A stretch of 64,000 nt of DNA, from NCBI RefSeq assembly GCF_006345805.1, contig NC_043008.1, positions 54,374,001-54,438,000 of the forward strand, in the 5' to 3' direction. The stretch comes from Octopus sinensis (Eukaryota). Positions 13,245 through 25,325 of the stretch are shown piece by piece. Under the pieces are notes generated by a model. The model did not search any database, was not told the origin of the DNA, and saw only the letters and a list, made by a program, of their open reading frames with translations. The stretch's first letter is position 1. Each line of letters begins with the position of its first letter. The position numbers and the translations under genes were made by a program.

Positions 13245-13654
13245 TTTTATCTCTCTTTTACTTGTTTCAGTCATTTGACTGCGGCCATGCTGGAGCACCG
13301 CCTTTAGTCGAGCAAATCGACCCCGGGACTTATTCTTTGTAAGCCCAGTACTTATTCTATCGGTCTCTTTTTTGCCGAACCGCTATGTGACGGGGACGTA
13401 AACACACCAGCATCGGTTGTCAAGCAATGCTAGGGGGACGAACACAGACACACAAACACACACCCACACATATATATATATATATATATACGACAGGCTT
13501 CTTTCAGTTTCCGTCTACCAAATCCACTCACAAGGCATTGGTCGGCCCGGGGCTATAGCAGAAGACACTTGCCCAAGATGCCACGCAGTGGGACTGAATC
13601 CGGAACCATATGGTTGGTTAGCAAGCTACTTACCACACAGCCACTCCTGCGCCT
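13245..13654 (-). mobile_element. SINE family A
   Basis: Full-length match to the other A copies. Confidence 0.9.
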
Positions 13655-13844
13655 ATATATTATATTATATATTTCTGACAAGGATCACTTTCGTGCCTTT
13701 CGTTAATCATTGAACATATTTATAGATTCGTGGCCCATACCCAAAAGAGAGCAACATGATGGGTTTACTTTCCGCTAAGGTTTTTTTATATGGTTTTCTG
13801 TTATGCTTTAGTAAAATCTCTCTCTCTCTCCCTTTTGCTTCCAG

Positions 13845-13904
13845 ATCAGCAGTATCTACTATAACGTCTTCAGTGGCTGGTGGGCTCACGGGTCTTATAC
13901 TCAG
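13845..13904 (+). CDS. amt: Amt exon 4 in window
   Basis: ttccag/gtgagg, phase 2/2. SAVSTITSSVAGGLTGLILS. Confidence 0.9.
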
Positions 13905-14037
13905 GTGAGGAACCCTTCATTTGCGCACAGACACTTAAACCACACGTCAACACAACCTGCACATACAGATTAAGCAAAGTAACACTAACACACGCAGATT
14001 TCTTTTCTTTTTTTCTACACTTTTGATTTTTATCTAA

Positions 14038-14073
14038 TTTTCTGAAGAAGAACCGAAGCTCGAAACGTAAAAG
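14038..14073 (+). ncRNA. Minimal hammerhead-like motif, partly decayed
   Basis: TTTT-CTGAAGA-a-GAAC-cgaa-GCTC-GAA-AC-GT-A-AAAG. One mismatch in stem II; loopless stem III could form only in a dimer. Confidence 0.4.
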
Positions 14074-14184
14074 ACACTTCTACTTTCTTCTTATCAAGCA
14101 TCAAACTAATAATTATTACACTTTGTTCTTACTTTGTCTTCTGTGTTATTTTTGTCATTTTCTTAAACATACATACATACATTA

Positions 14185-14500
14185 TGGCTGTCCCCTCGTT
14201 ATTGAGTATGGCCATTGCACGAAGCTTAACTGTTACTGGTGCTGTGATCGAATGTGACTTTTTAGCCCAGCTAAAGATCTACAATGTCTTGCAGAAAATT
14301 GGCACCTAAAACCTTTACTGGTAATAGCCGGCTGTAGTTGTAACTGGGCTTCATGTACCTTTGCATGTCGTTTAAGTCCTCCTGCCGAATTACACTCTCT
14401 TCCACATGCCTGACAGATAAGATTAGTATGGTGTGTTACACCACCACCAGTGGCCAGGTTGTCACTCATCTGTCTCATTTTACGACTACGAAGATGACTC
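14185..14500 (-). mobile_element. RTE-like LINE 3' end with two C2H2-type fingers
   Basis: ICQACGRECNSAGGLKRHAKVH and FRCQFSARHCRSLAGLKSHIRSQH, then a short 3' UTR ending GAGGGGACAGCCA. Confidence 0.65.
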
Positions 14501-14506
14501 TTGAGT

Positions 14507-16180
14507 CATAAATACATACATACATGCATACATACATACATACATACATAAATACATACATGCATACATACATACATACATACATACATACATACATACA
14601 TACATACATACATACATGCATACATACATACATACATAAATACATACATACATACATACATGCATGCATACATACATACATAAATACATACATACATACA
14701 TACATACATACATGCATGCATGCATGCATGCATACTACATACATACATACTACATACATACTCATACATGCATCATGCATGCATGCATACATACATACAT
14801 AAATACATACATACATACATACATACATACATACATACATACATGCATGCATGCATGCATGCATGCATGCATGCATACATACATACATACATACATACAT
14901 ACATGTATGCATGCATACATGCATGCATACATACATACATACATACATACATACATACATGCATGCATACATGCATACATACATACATACATACATACAT
15001 ACATACATACATGCATGCATACATGCATACATACATACATACATACATACATACATACATACATACATACATGCATACATGCATGCATACATACATACAT
15101 ACATGCATGCATGCATGCATGCATGCATACATACATACATACATACATACATACATACATGCATACATGCATGCATACATACATACATACATGCATGCAT
15201 ACATGCATGCATGCATACATACATACATACATGCATACATACATACATACATACATACATACATACATACATGCATGCATGCATACATGCATACATACAT
15301 ACATACATACATACATACATACATACATACATGCATGCATGCATACATACATACATACATACATAAATACATACATACATACATACATGCATGCATGCAT
15401 GCATACATACATACATACATACATACATAATACATACATACATGCATGCATGCATGCATACATACATACATACATACATACATACATGCATGCATGCATG
15501 CATGCATGCATACATACATACATACATACATACATGCATGCATGCATGCATGCATGCATGCATGCATGCATGCATACATACATACATACATGCATGCATA
15601 CATACATACATGCATGCATACTACATACATACATACATACATACATACATGCATGCATGCATGCATGCATGCATACATAATACATACATACATACATACA
15701 TGCATGCATGCATGCATGCATGCATGCATGCATGCATACATACATACATACATACATACATGCATGCATGCATGCATGCATGCATGCATGCATGCATGCA
15801 TGCATGCATGCATGCATACATACATGCATGCATGCATACATACATACATACATACATGCATGCATGCATGCATGCATGCATGCATGCATGCATGCATGCA
15901 TGCATGCAACATACATACATACTACATACATGCATGCATGCATGCATGCATGCATGCATGCTGCATGCATGCATGCATACATACATACATACATGCATGC
16001 ATGCATGCATGCATGCATGCATACATACATACATACATACATTCATACATACATACATACATACATACATACATACATACATACATACATACATACATAC
16101 ATACATACATACATACATACATACATACATACATACATACATACATACATACATACATACATACATACATACATACATAC
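14507..16180. repeat. ~1.67-kb compound (TACA)n/(TGCA)n microsatellite
   Basis: Directly visible; source of the HTYI/HACM/MYVC pseudo-ORFs. Confidence 0.98.
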
Positions 16181-16266
16181 GCGTTTCTGTCTGGTAAATC
16201 CACTTACACGCACACGTACTCCCTTATCTGTATAACAATCTGTCCTTCTCTTTCTCTCCCTGACAG

Positions 16267-16343
16267 TTATGTCATGAAATCACGCAAGTTCCTCCTTGAT
16301 TATATGATCAACAGTGTTCTTGGCGCTCTGGTGGCTATCACAG
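16267..16343 (+). CDS. amt: Amt exon 5 in window
   Basis: tgacag/gtaggt, phase 2/1. YVMKSRKFLLDYMINSVLGALVAIT matches the NGxLxGLVAIT-type motif. Confidence 0.93.
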
Positions 16344-16370
16344 GTAGGTCTCATACGTTTGACCTTCTCA

Positions 16371-16411
<41 letters not shown>

Positions 16412-16463
16412 ACTGCTGCTGGTTTCATTCATTGAAGCTTCAGGGCTGCGAGCTAGCAGAATC

Positions 16464-16692
16464 TGTTTCTTTACTCCCCACAAGGGGCTAAACGTAGAGG
16501 GGACAAACAAGGACAGACAGAGGGATTAAGTCGATTACATCGACCCCAGTGCGTAACTGGTACTTAATTTATCGACCCCGAAAGGATGAAAGGCAAAGTC
16601 GACCTCGGCGGAATTTGAACCCAGAACGCAACGACAGTCGCAATACCGCTAAGCATTTCACCCGACGTGCTAACGTTTCTGCCAGCTCGCTC
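16464..16692 (-). mobile_element. SINE family B monomer with 16-bp TSD
   Basis: GCGAGCT(A/G)GCAGAATC at 16448..16463 and 16693..16708. Confidence 0.88.
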
Positions 16693-17081
16693 GCGAGCTG
16701 GCAGAATCGTTTCCTAATTCCCCAAGGTCTATATGATTAAGAATACATATAGAAGCAACTCCTTGCTACTGATTTCGCTCTACATAGTGCAAATAACGAT
16801 TACAAGTGTGTACATGTGTGTGTGTGTGTGCGTGTGTGTGAGTGTGTGTGGGTATATATTTATACATACATTCGTAAATATATATGTATATATACATATA
16901 CATATATATATATATATAAATATATACGTATATATAGATATACATATGTGAGTGTGTGTGAGTGTGTGAGTGTGTGTGGGTATATATTTATATGTACATT
17001 CGTAAATATATATGTATATATACACATACATATATATATGTAAATATATACATATATATAGATATACATATGTGACTGTGT

Positions 17082-17127
<46 letters not shown>

Positions 17128-17593
17128 ATGTGTGTGTATGCATATGAGCAAGTGAAATATATATCAGAGAATCCTTTGCTCCACACAGAAAGCGCAGGGG
17201 CTACCCAGGTCTTCTGCCAGCTCTTCTCAAAACATTCCAATATTGGAAACACTTCCGTATCGTCATCAGGCATTTCTGGGCCACAAGTGTTCCCCCCCCC
17301 CTTCTTACCCTCTACACTTCACCTGGATGGAGACCGAACTAGTCTCTTCGCCTGCGGAGCGGCTTCACTTGCCGGCTGATTAACTATATATTTCTTTATT
17401 GCCCACAAGGGGCTAAACATAGAGAGGACAAACAAGGACAGACAAAGGGATTAAGTCGATTACATCGACCCCAGTGCGAAACTGGTACTTTTATTTATCG
17501 AGCCCCGAAAAGATGAAAGGCAAAGTCGACCTCGGCGGAATTTGAACCCAGAACGTAACGACAGACGAAATACCGCTAAGCATTATAGCCACC

Positions 17594-18006
17594 TTGGATC
17601 TTGTTTCAGCTACCATATATATTCCTCAATGGCTTTCGTCAGCTGGAAAGTCGCGGAAGCCGACTTCAACAGGAAATGAGGCTGAATGCCATCCCTTAAC
17701 AAGGACCTCGTCGATAAAGTTCTGATGCTAGGTTTTCTTTACCTGCTAGGAAATACCGGGTCTATCCTCCGAGGTACCATGAGCTCGACCGCGATTATTG
17801 TTTTCGTGATCCTGGAGGAGAGCAGGAACATATCTGGTCGGACTGATGTCAACTGCCAGCTTCTTTGGAAAGATGAGGCAATCCCGCCAGGTCCACTTGC
17901 AGCTTCAAGTCTGAGGACGAATGCAAAATAGAAAACTGCCCCCCACCCCTGCCATTGCTTTTGCCATGGAAGCCTTGTCGCTTTCCCTTAGAAATGTGAT
18001 ACTCTT
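17594..18006 (-). mobile_element. Decayed HERO/R2-group non-LTR element, restriction-like endonuclease domain
   Basis: Across frameshifts: ITFLRESDK; DLKLQVDLAG; TSVRPDMFLLSS..TKTIIAVELMVP; GWHSASFPVEVGFRDF. Confidence 0.8.
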
Positions 18007-18940
18007 TGGTGGTGGTGCCCGTGGTGGTGCCCGTGGTGGTGCCCGTGGTGGCGGTGGCGGCGGCGGTGGTGGCGGTTGCGGCTGCGGTGGTGGCGGCGGC
18101 AGCGGCGGTGTTGGTGGTGTCGGTGATGGTACTGGTGGTGGTGGTGGTGGCCGTGGAGGTGATAGTGGCGGTGGTGGTGGCGGTGGCGGTGGTGGTGGTG
18201 GTGATGGTGGTTGTGTTGGTGGTGGTGGTGGTGGTGGTGGTGGGGTGGCGACGGCAGCGTCGCTGGTGGTGGGGGCGGCGGCTTTGCGGTGGGGTGCGTG
18301 GCGGCGTGGTATTGGTGGTGGTGGTGGTGGTGGTGGTGGTGGTGGTTCTGGCGGTGCTGCCCGTGGCGGCGGTGCTGCCCGTGGCGGCGGTGCTGCCCGT
18401 GGCGGCGGTGCTGCCCGTGGCGGCGGTGCTGCCCGTGGCGCGGTGCTGCCCGTGGCGGCGGTGCTGCCCGTGGCGGCGGCGGCGGCGGTGGTGTTGGTTG
18501 CGGCGGCGGTGGTGGCGGCGGTGGTGGCGGCGGCGGTGGTGGCGGCGGCGGTGGTGGCGGCGGCGGTGGTGGCGGCGGCAGCGGCGGTGTTGGTGGTGGC
18601 GGTGATGGTAGTGGTGGTGGTGGTGGCCGTGGAGGTGATGGTGGTGGTGGTGGTGGTGGTGGTGGTGGTGGTGGCAGTGGTGGCGGCGGCGGTGATAGCA
18701 GCGCTGGTATTGGTGGTGGTGGTGGCGGCGGTGGTGGCGGCGGTGGTGGTGGTGGTGGTGGTGGTGGTGGTGGTGGCAGTGGTGGTGGTGGTGGTGGCCG
18801 TGGAGGTGATAGTGGCGGTGGTGGTGGCGGTGGTGGTGGTGGTGGTGGTGTGGTGGTGGTGGTGGTGGCAGTGGTGGTGGTGGTGGTGGTGGCAGTGGTG
18901 GTGGTGGTGGTGGTGGTGGTGGTGGCAGTGGTGGCGGCCG
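18007..18940. repeat. ~0.93-kb GC-rich (GGT/GGC)n tract with 12- and 18-bp sub-repeats
   Basis: GCCCGTGGTGGT x3 near 18017; GCCCGTGGCGGCGGTGCT-type units at ~18355..18475. Confidence 0.97.
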
Positions 18941-19165
18941 GATTTTTGTTTCACTTAACCCTTTGCATATCAGGGTCCACTCGCCGATTATCTGCAAGGA
19001 CCTTATTATGTCTCTCTAACTCGCATCGGCTTTCACCCCAGTGCCTTTGTTGGCATCTTGCCAAAATATGGTCCCTATGTCTGCACGTGCATTCCCTTAT
19101 ATCTATCTATGTCATTGCATTTCTTTATATGTGCCTATTTTTTTTTTTTTTCTTGTTCTTTGCAG

Positions 19166-19279
19166 CTTTTTGCGCTCTGGCGTCACCGATAGATGGCATC
19201 GTTATTGGCTCGGTTGCAGCGGTACTCAGTTGTATTTGCATGGAACTGATGAACAAATTGAAGATTGATGACCCAGTCA
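19166..19279 (+). CDS. amt: Amt exon 6 in window
   Basis: ttgcag/gtaagt, phase 1/1. AFCALASPIDGIVIGSVAAVLSCICMELMNKLKIDDPV carries the conserved KIDDP motif. Confidence 0.95.
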
Positions 19280-19295
19280 GTAAGTTACAGAGTTC

Positions 19296-19740
19296 TTAGT
19301 TAATTAGTTAATTAGTCAATTTTTTGGCTCAAAAGCAAAAAGCAAGGCCATGTAGGGGGACATGGAGTTAAGTACAGGGTGGTGTTCATGTAAAGAGTTC
19401 AGGCCACTTGAGGTCAAGGGAGACTTTGAACAAAGCGGTCGTCGGCATCTTCACCATCTCGTCTGGCAGCTTATTCCACGGATCCGCAACCCGGACGGAG
19501 AAAGCTCCTCTCCTTCGATTGAGATGAAATCGTCGCAGGTAGAGCTTTTCGGAGTGACCCCCGCAGCCGACGCTCTGGAGCAGGAGTGAAGAACAGCTCT
19601 TTCGAGGGGTTACACTTCCCGCTTATGATGTTGTGAGCGAGAATGAGATCACCACGGCGGCGGCGGCGTTTTTCTAGAGAATAAAGGTCGAGCGTCTTCA
19701 GCCTTTCTTCATAAGACAAATTCTTGAGACCATGAACCCA
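19296..19740 (-). mobile_element. CR1-like LINE 3' end, same family
   Basis: GLKNLSYEERLKTLDLYSLEKRRRRRGDLI...FSVRVADPWNKLPDEMV, the CR1 ORF2 C-terminus. Confidence 0.9.
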
Positions 19741-19856
19741 TGGGTTGGTAGATGGATGGAGTAATGGAGGGACCAAGCGGGCGGGCGGACGGGTGGATGA
19801 ACAGACACACACACACACACACATGCACGCACACACACAAACATACACAAACAGAT

Positions 19857-20037
19857 GGCACAGGAGTGGCTGTGTGGTAAGTAGCTTGCTTACAAACCAC
19901 ATGGTCCCGGGTTCAGTCCCACTGCGTGGCATCTTGGGCAAGTGTCTTCTACTATAGCCTTGGGCCAACCAAAGCCTTGTGAGTGGATTTGGTAGACGGA
20001 AACTGAAAGAAGCCTGTCGTATATATGTATATATATG

Positions 20038-20078
<41 letters not shown>

Positions 20079-20240
20079 ATATATATATATATGTATGTAT
20101 ATGTTTGTGTGTCTGTTTACTCCCCCCCCCCGCATAGCTTGTCAACCGATGCTGGTGCGTTTACGTCCCCGTAACTTAGCAGTTCGGCAAAAGAATAAGT
20201 ACTAGGCTTACAAAGAATAAGTACTGGGTTCGATCTGCTC
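19857..20240 (+). mobile_element. SINE family A, 3' end lost
   Basis: Match to the other A copies. Confidence 0.85.
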
Positions 20241-20426
20241 GGCTAAAACCGTTCAAATCGGTTTTCCAACTTGGCCGAAGTCCAATGACTGAAACAAGAA
20301 CAAGAGAAAAAAAAACAATAAAAACATATCCAATGGCAAACAGCACCAAGAAAAAAAAACGAGCATCGTGAGAGGGGCCTTCTCTTATTACGAAGTATTT
20401 TATGGTAGAAGTAGTCTTGAGATGTG

Positions 20427-20815
20427 GTGGAGACGCAATGGCCCAGTGGTTAGGGCAGCGACTCGCGGTCATAGGATCGCGGTTTCGATTCCCAGACGGG
20501 GCGTTGTGAGTGTTTATTGAGCGAAAACACCTAAAAGCTCCACGAGGCTCCGGCAGGGGATGGTGGTGATCCCTGCTGTACTCTTTCACCACAACTTTCT
20601 CTCACTCTTACTTCCTGTTTCTGTTGTACCTGTATTTCAAGGGGCCGGCCTTGTCACTCTCTGTGTCACGCTGAATATCCCCGAGAACTACGTTAAGGGT
20701 GCACGTGTCTGTGGAGTGCTCAGCCACTTACACGTTAGTTTCACGAGCAGGCTGTTCCGTTGATTCAGATCAACCGGAACCCTCATCGTCGTAACCGACG
20801 AAGTGCTTCCAGTCC
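20427..20815 (+). mobile_element. tRNA-derived SINE family C, full length, 14-bp TSD
   Basis: TGGCCCAGTGG / GGTTTCGATTCC boxes; AGTCTTGAGATGTG at 20413..20426 and 20816..20829. Confidence 0.92.
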
Positions 20816-20906
20816 AGTCTTGAGATGTGAGAATGACAGAGTGACAGAAAGAAATGTGAAAAACCGCTATGGCAGAGCAAATCATGAGAAAACCGTTTCT
20901 TTCCAG

Positions 20907-21028
20907 GTTGTTTCAGCGTCCATGCAGTCAACGGAGTTTGGAGTCTCCTCTCTGTCGGATTGTTTAGTCGTGAAGACATCATTAAACATAATGATGCTAA
21001 ATTTGATGTGGAAGATGGCTTGTTTTGG
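20907..21028 (+). CDS. amt: Amt exon 7 in window
   Basis: ttccag/gtaagt, phase 1/0. SCFSVHAVNGVWSLLSVGLF...DGLFW carries the second pore His. Confidence 0.95.
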
Positions 21029-21061
21029 GTAAGTAAATGCAATAATATCTTTACAGAAATT

Positions 21062-21664
21062 GCGGCGTGCAGTTGGCAGAATCGTTAGCACGCCGGGCGA
21101 AATGCTTTGCGGTATTTCGTCTGCCGCTACGTTCTGAGTTCAAATTCCGCCAAGGTCGACTTTGCCTTTCATCCTTTCGGGGTCGATTAAATAAGTACCA
21201 GTTACGCACTGGGATCGATATAATCGACTTAATCCGTTTGTCTGTCCTTGTTTGTCCTCTCTGTGTTTAGCCCCTTGTGGGTAGTAAAGAAATAGGATTT
21301 TTCAACTGCCGTTACGTTCTGAGTTCAAATTTCGCCAAGGTCGACTTTGCCTTTCATCCTTTCGGGGTCGATAAATTAAGTACCAGTTACGCACTGGGGT
21401 CGATATAATCTACTTAACCCGTTTGTCTGTCCTTGTTTGTCCTCTCTGTGTTTAGCCCCTTGTGGGTAGTAAAGAAATAGGTATTTCGTCTGCCGTTACG
21501 TTCTGAGTTCAAATTCCGCCGAGGTCGACTTTGCCTTTCATCCTTTCGGGGTCGATAAATTAAGTACCAGTTATGCACTGGGGTCGATATAATCTACTTA
21601 ATCCGTTTGTCTGTCCTTGTTTGTCCTCTCTCTGTTTAGCCCCTTGTGGGCAGTAAAGAAATAG
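21062..21664 (+). mobile_element. SINE family B trimer running into an older B-like copy
   Basis: GTAAAGAAATAG tail recurs about every 185 bp. Confidence 0.9.
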
Positions 21665-23333
21665 ATATTTCGTCCGTCTCGATGTTCTCATTCCAAACTC
21701 TGCGACAGTCGACTTTTACCTTTCATTCTTAAGGGGTCGATAAAATAAGTACCAGTTGAGCAGATTACCAGTTGATGTAATATACTTACCCTTTCCCTCA
21801 AAATTGCTGGCCTTGTGCCAAAATTTGAAACAAATATCTATTTGCGTTAAGGTAGCGAGCTAGAACCCTATAATCGACTTCTCTTTATTCTTTTTGGTAC
21901 AGCCCCACTAAAAAAAAAACTCCACATTTGGGATCTGGCCCGGATATTAAAATGGCTGAAAACCACTGCTCTAAGCACTAAATTTCAGGGAAGGAGTAAG
22001 TCGATTACATAGATCCCCAGTACTCAACTGGTACTTAATTTCTCGACCTCGGCAGAATTTGAACACAGAGCATAATGACGGACAATATACCAATCTCTTT
22101 ACTACCCATAAGGGGCTAAACACAGAGGGGACAAACAAGGACAGACATAGGTATTAAGTCGATTACATCGACCCCAATGCTCAACTGGTACTTAATTTAT
22201 CGACCCCGAAAGGATGAAAGGCAAAGTCGACCTCGGCGGAATTTGAACTCAGAACGTAACGGCAGACGAAATACTGCTAAGCATTTCGCCCGGCGTGCTA
22301 ACGTTTCTGCCAGCTCGCCGCCTTGTTTAAAATACTAAATATTTACACCTAAAAAAATTCCTCATAGCAAAACAAAACCACTAAGTGGAATAATATTCAT
22401 GCAAAACGCGAGAAACTAAGAAGCTTTTTCTCTACTGCTGATATTCCAGTGCTTTTTAACAATATACGTTTCTGCGAGATACCCTCTCGAGGCTAATACC
22501 TCAGTATTATGACTTTCTAACGGTATATATATGTTAAGAAAGATACAAGGTTGCTATACTAAACATTAATACCTCCATAACCCTAAACGGGTACCGTGAA
22601 TCCTCGAGTATAGTCCGCCCTTGACTATAATACGCAGGGGATTTTTAGGGGGCTGTACCTCTGAAAAACCTAAACCTTGTGTATAATACGCATCCCTTCT
22701 CTAACTTGAGCCGTGCGTAATTAAGCCAGCAACACCTAGTCGAACAAACACTTCCGCGCATGCGTAATACAATAATGGTGATGTTCTTAACTGTTATATG
22801 GGAATGTAAATATGTTTGCAAATTGTTTTTGTTACATGTTATTCTGTGTTCTGAATACTTTCAGGCTTAGCTTAAGGTATTTTTGCGCCCGACATCACAA
22901 AATGCGTCTGAATAAACATTGCCGGACAGCAAATAGAGACGCGGACATTGCTCAGAAAATATTTTTCATTATTAACCTCGTATGTAGTACGCACTAGGGA
23001 TTTCGGGAAAAAAATGCGGATTATACTTGAGGATTTATGGTATATCATTCTATGTACACGCTCTTCATAAATTATCTTTATAACTTTCACAGTTTATTGT
23101 ATTGTATCGTTGAGATGTGTTGTGTGCAACCAATGGAGTCCACGTCGAAGTACTCCAATATTTCTAATAAAACTTTATTTATTTTCCAATAAACTCTGCT
23201 GAGTTATTCTTTATTTATTTATTTATTTTTTCGTTATTTGAATTTTTCAAATTGTAAAGGTAATTTATAGACACCCCGTATTTGTTGCACCCTTTAAAAA
23301 ACATGTTTTTTTTTTTACTTTTCGCCATTTCAG

Positions 23334-23534
23334 GGCGGTTCGGCAAGAATCCTGAAAATACAAACAGTAGCTGCTCTGGCAATTAGTGGCTGGACAGTAG
23401 TGGTCAGTTATATTTTCCTAAAATTTCTCCAACTCACCATTGGTCTTCGTGTGAGTGAAGCGGAAGAAGTTTTAGGTGCAGATATTGTAGAACATAATTG
23501 TGGAGGATTTTTCTACGACAAAAAAACGAAAAAG
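23334..23534 (+). CDS. amt: Amt exon 8 in window
   Basis: tttcag/gtaagt, phase 0/0. GGSARILKIQ...IGLRVSEAEEVLGADIVEH matches the GLRVxxEEExxGxDxxEH C-terminal consensus. Confidence 0.95.
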
Positions 23535-23691
23535 GTAAGTTTTCTATGACCAGAGCAAAGTTTTGGGAGGTTTTAGAGGGGGAGAGCTTAGGAGAGGGTG
23601 GGAAAACTTCCTTTTGAGACTTGGGAGGATTTGGGGGGGGGATATGATAATTTCAATCTGTGTAAATATAAATTGATTAATCTAGATAAGT

Positions 23692-24112
23692 AGGCGTAGG
23701 AGTGGCTGTGTGGTAAGTAGCTTGCTTACCAATCACATGGTTCCGGGTTCAGTCCTACTGCGTGGCACCATGGGCAAGTGTTTTCTACTATAGCTTCAGG
23801 ACGACCAAAGCCTTGTGAGTGGGTTTGGTAGACGGAAACTGAAAGAAGCCTGTCGTATATATGTACATATATATATGTGTATGTGTGTATATATGTTTGT
23901 GCGTCTGTGTTTGTCCTCCCAACATCGCTTGACAACCGATGCTGATGTGTTTACGTCCCTGTAACTTAGCGGTTCGGCAAAAGAGACCGATAGAATAAGT
24001 ACTAGGCTTACGAAGACTAACTCCTGGGGTCGATTTGCTTGACTAAAGGTGGTGCTCCAGCATGGCCACAGTCAAAGTGACTGAAGCAAGTAAAAAAGTA
24101 AAAGAGTAAAAG
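23692..24112 (+). mobile_element. SINE family A
   Basis: Full-length match. Confidence 0.9.
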
Positions 24113-25325
24113 TTCGTATGGAGACGTGAATATTGACATTTCTAAAGAAGAGGGTAGGAAAACTTCCCGGAGAAGCAAGAACCATGATGTTTCTAAAGGA
24201 AACGGGAGTATTCATTGACCCAGGAAATCGGAGATTTCTTACTTTAGTTAATATGCTGGAGAATCTCCACGTTGCCCTAAGGAGATCCATTTAATCTTAT
24301 GCACCGTATATATTTTATGTTATTTCATAATATTTCGTGCGATACTAAGGCGACGAAAGGCGGTGAGCTGGCAGAATCGTTAGAAAACCGGCGAGCTGGC
24401 AGAAACGCTAGCGCGCCGGGCGAAATGCTTAGCGGTATTTCGTCTGCCGTTACGTTCTGAGTTCAAATTCCGCCGAGGTTGACTTTGCCTTTCATTCTTT
24501 CGGGGTCGATAAATTAAGCACCAGTTACGTACTGGGGATCGAACTAAACACAAATACACACATGCATACACACACGCATACACACACGCATACACACACA
24601 CACATACACACACACATATACATACACACATATATATACACACACATATACATACACACATACATACACACACACACACACACATACATACATACATACA
24701 TACATACTACATACATACATACATACATACATACATACATACATACATACATACACACATACATATATACACACACACACACAGGCGGCGAGCTGGCAGA
24801 AGCGTTAGCGCGCTGGGCGAAATGCTTAGCGGTATTTCGTCTGTCGTTACGTTCTGAGTTCAAATTCCGCCAAGGTCGACTTTGCCTTTCATCCTTTCGG
24901 GGTCGATAAATTAAGTACCAGTTACGCACTGGGGTTGATGTAATCAACTTAATCCCTTTGTCTGTCCTTGTTTGTAACCTCTATGTTTAGCCCCTTGTGA
25001 GCAGTAAAGAAATATATATACACACATACATACACACATACATACATGCACACATACATACATACATACATACATACATACATACATACATACATACATA
25101 CATACATACATACATACATACGCATATATGCGACAAGCTTCCCCACAGTTTCTGTGTATCAAGCCCACTCCCAGGGCATTGGTCAGCCTGGGGTTATAGT
25201 CACTTGCCCAAGATGCCACGCAGTGGGACTGAACCTGACACCACGTGGTTGTAAAACAAGCTTCTTCTTATCTACACAGTTATGCATTCGCCTTGGAAAT
25301 AATTAAAGTCTGTTTCTAATTTCAG

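Noticed and set aside
14475-16435. Long ORFs of 170-426 aa (MYVC/HTYI/HACM repeats)
   Set aside because: Translations of a tetranucleotide microsatellite inside an Amt intron; the same applies to the many short microsatellite ORFs elsewhere.
17849-19299. Gly/Pro/His-rich ORFs of ~350 aa on both strands
   Set aside because: Stop-free by-product of the (GGT/GGC)n tract; only the part overlapping Amt exon 6 is coding.
20429-20500. SINE heads (families A-D) as tRNA genes
   Set aside because: They have A/B boxes but no full cloverleaf or acceptor stem, and continue into SINE bodies with tails and TSDs.
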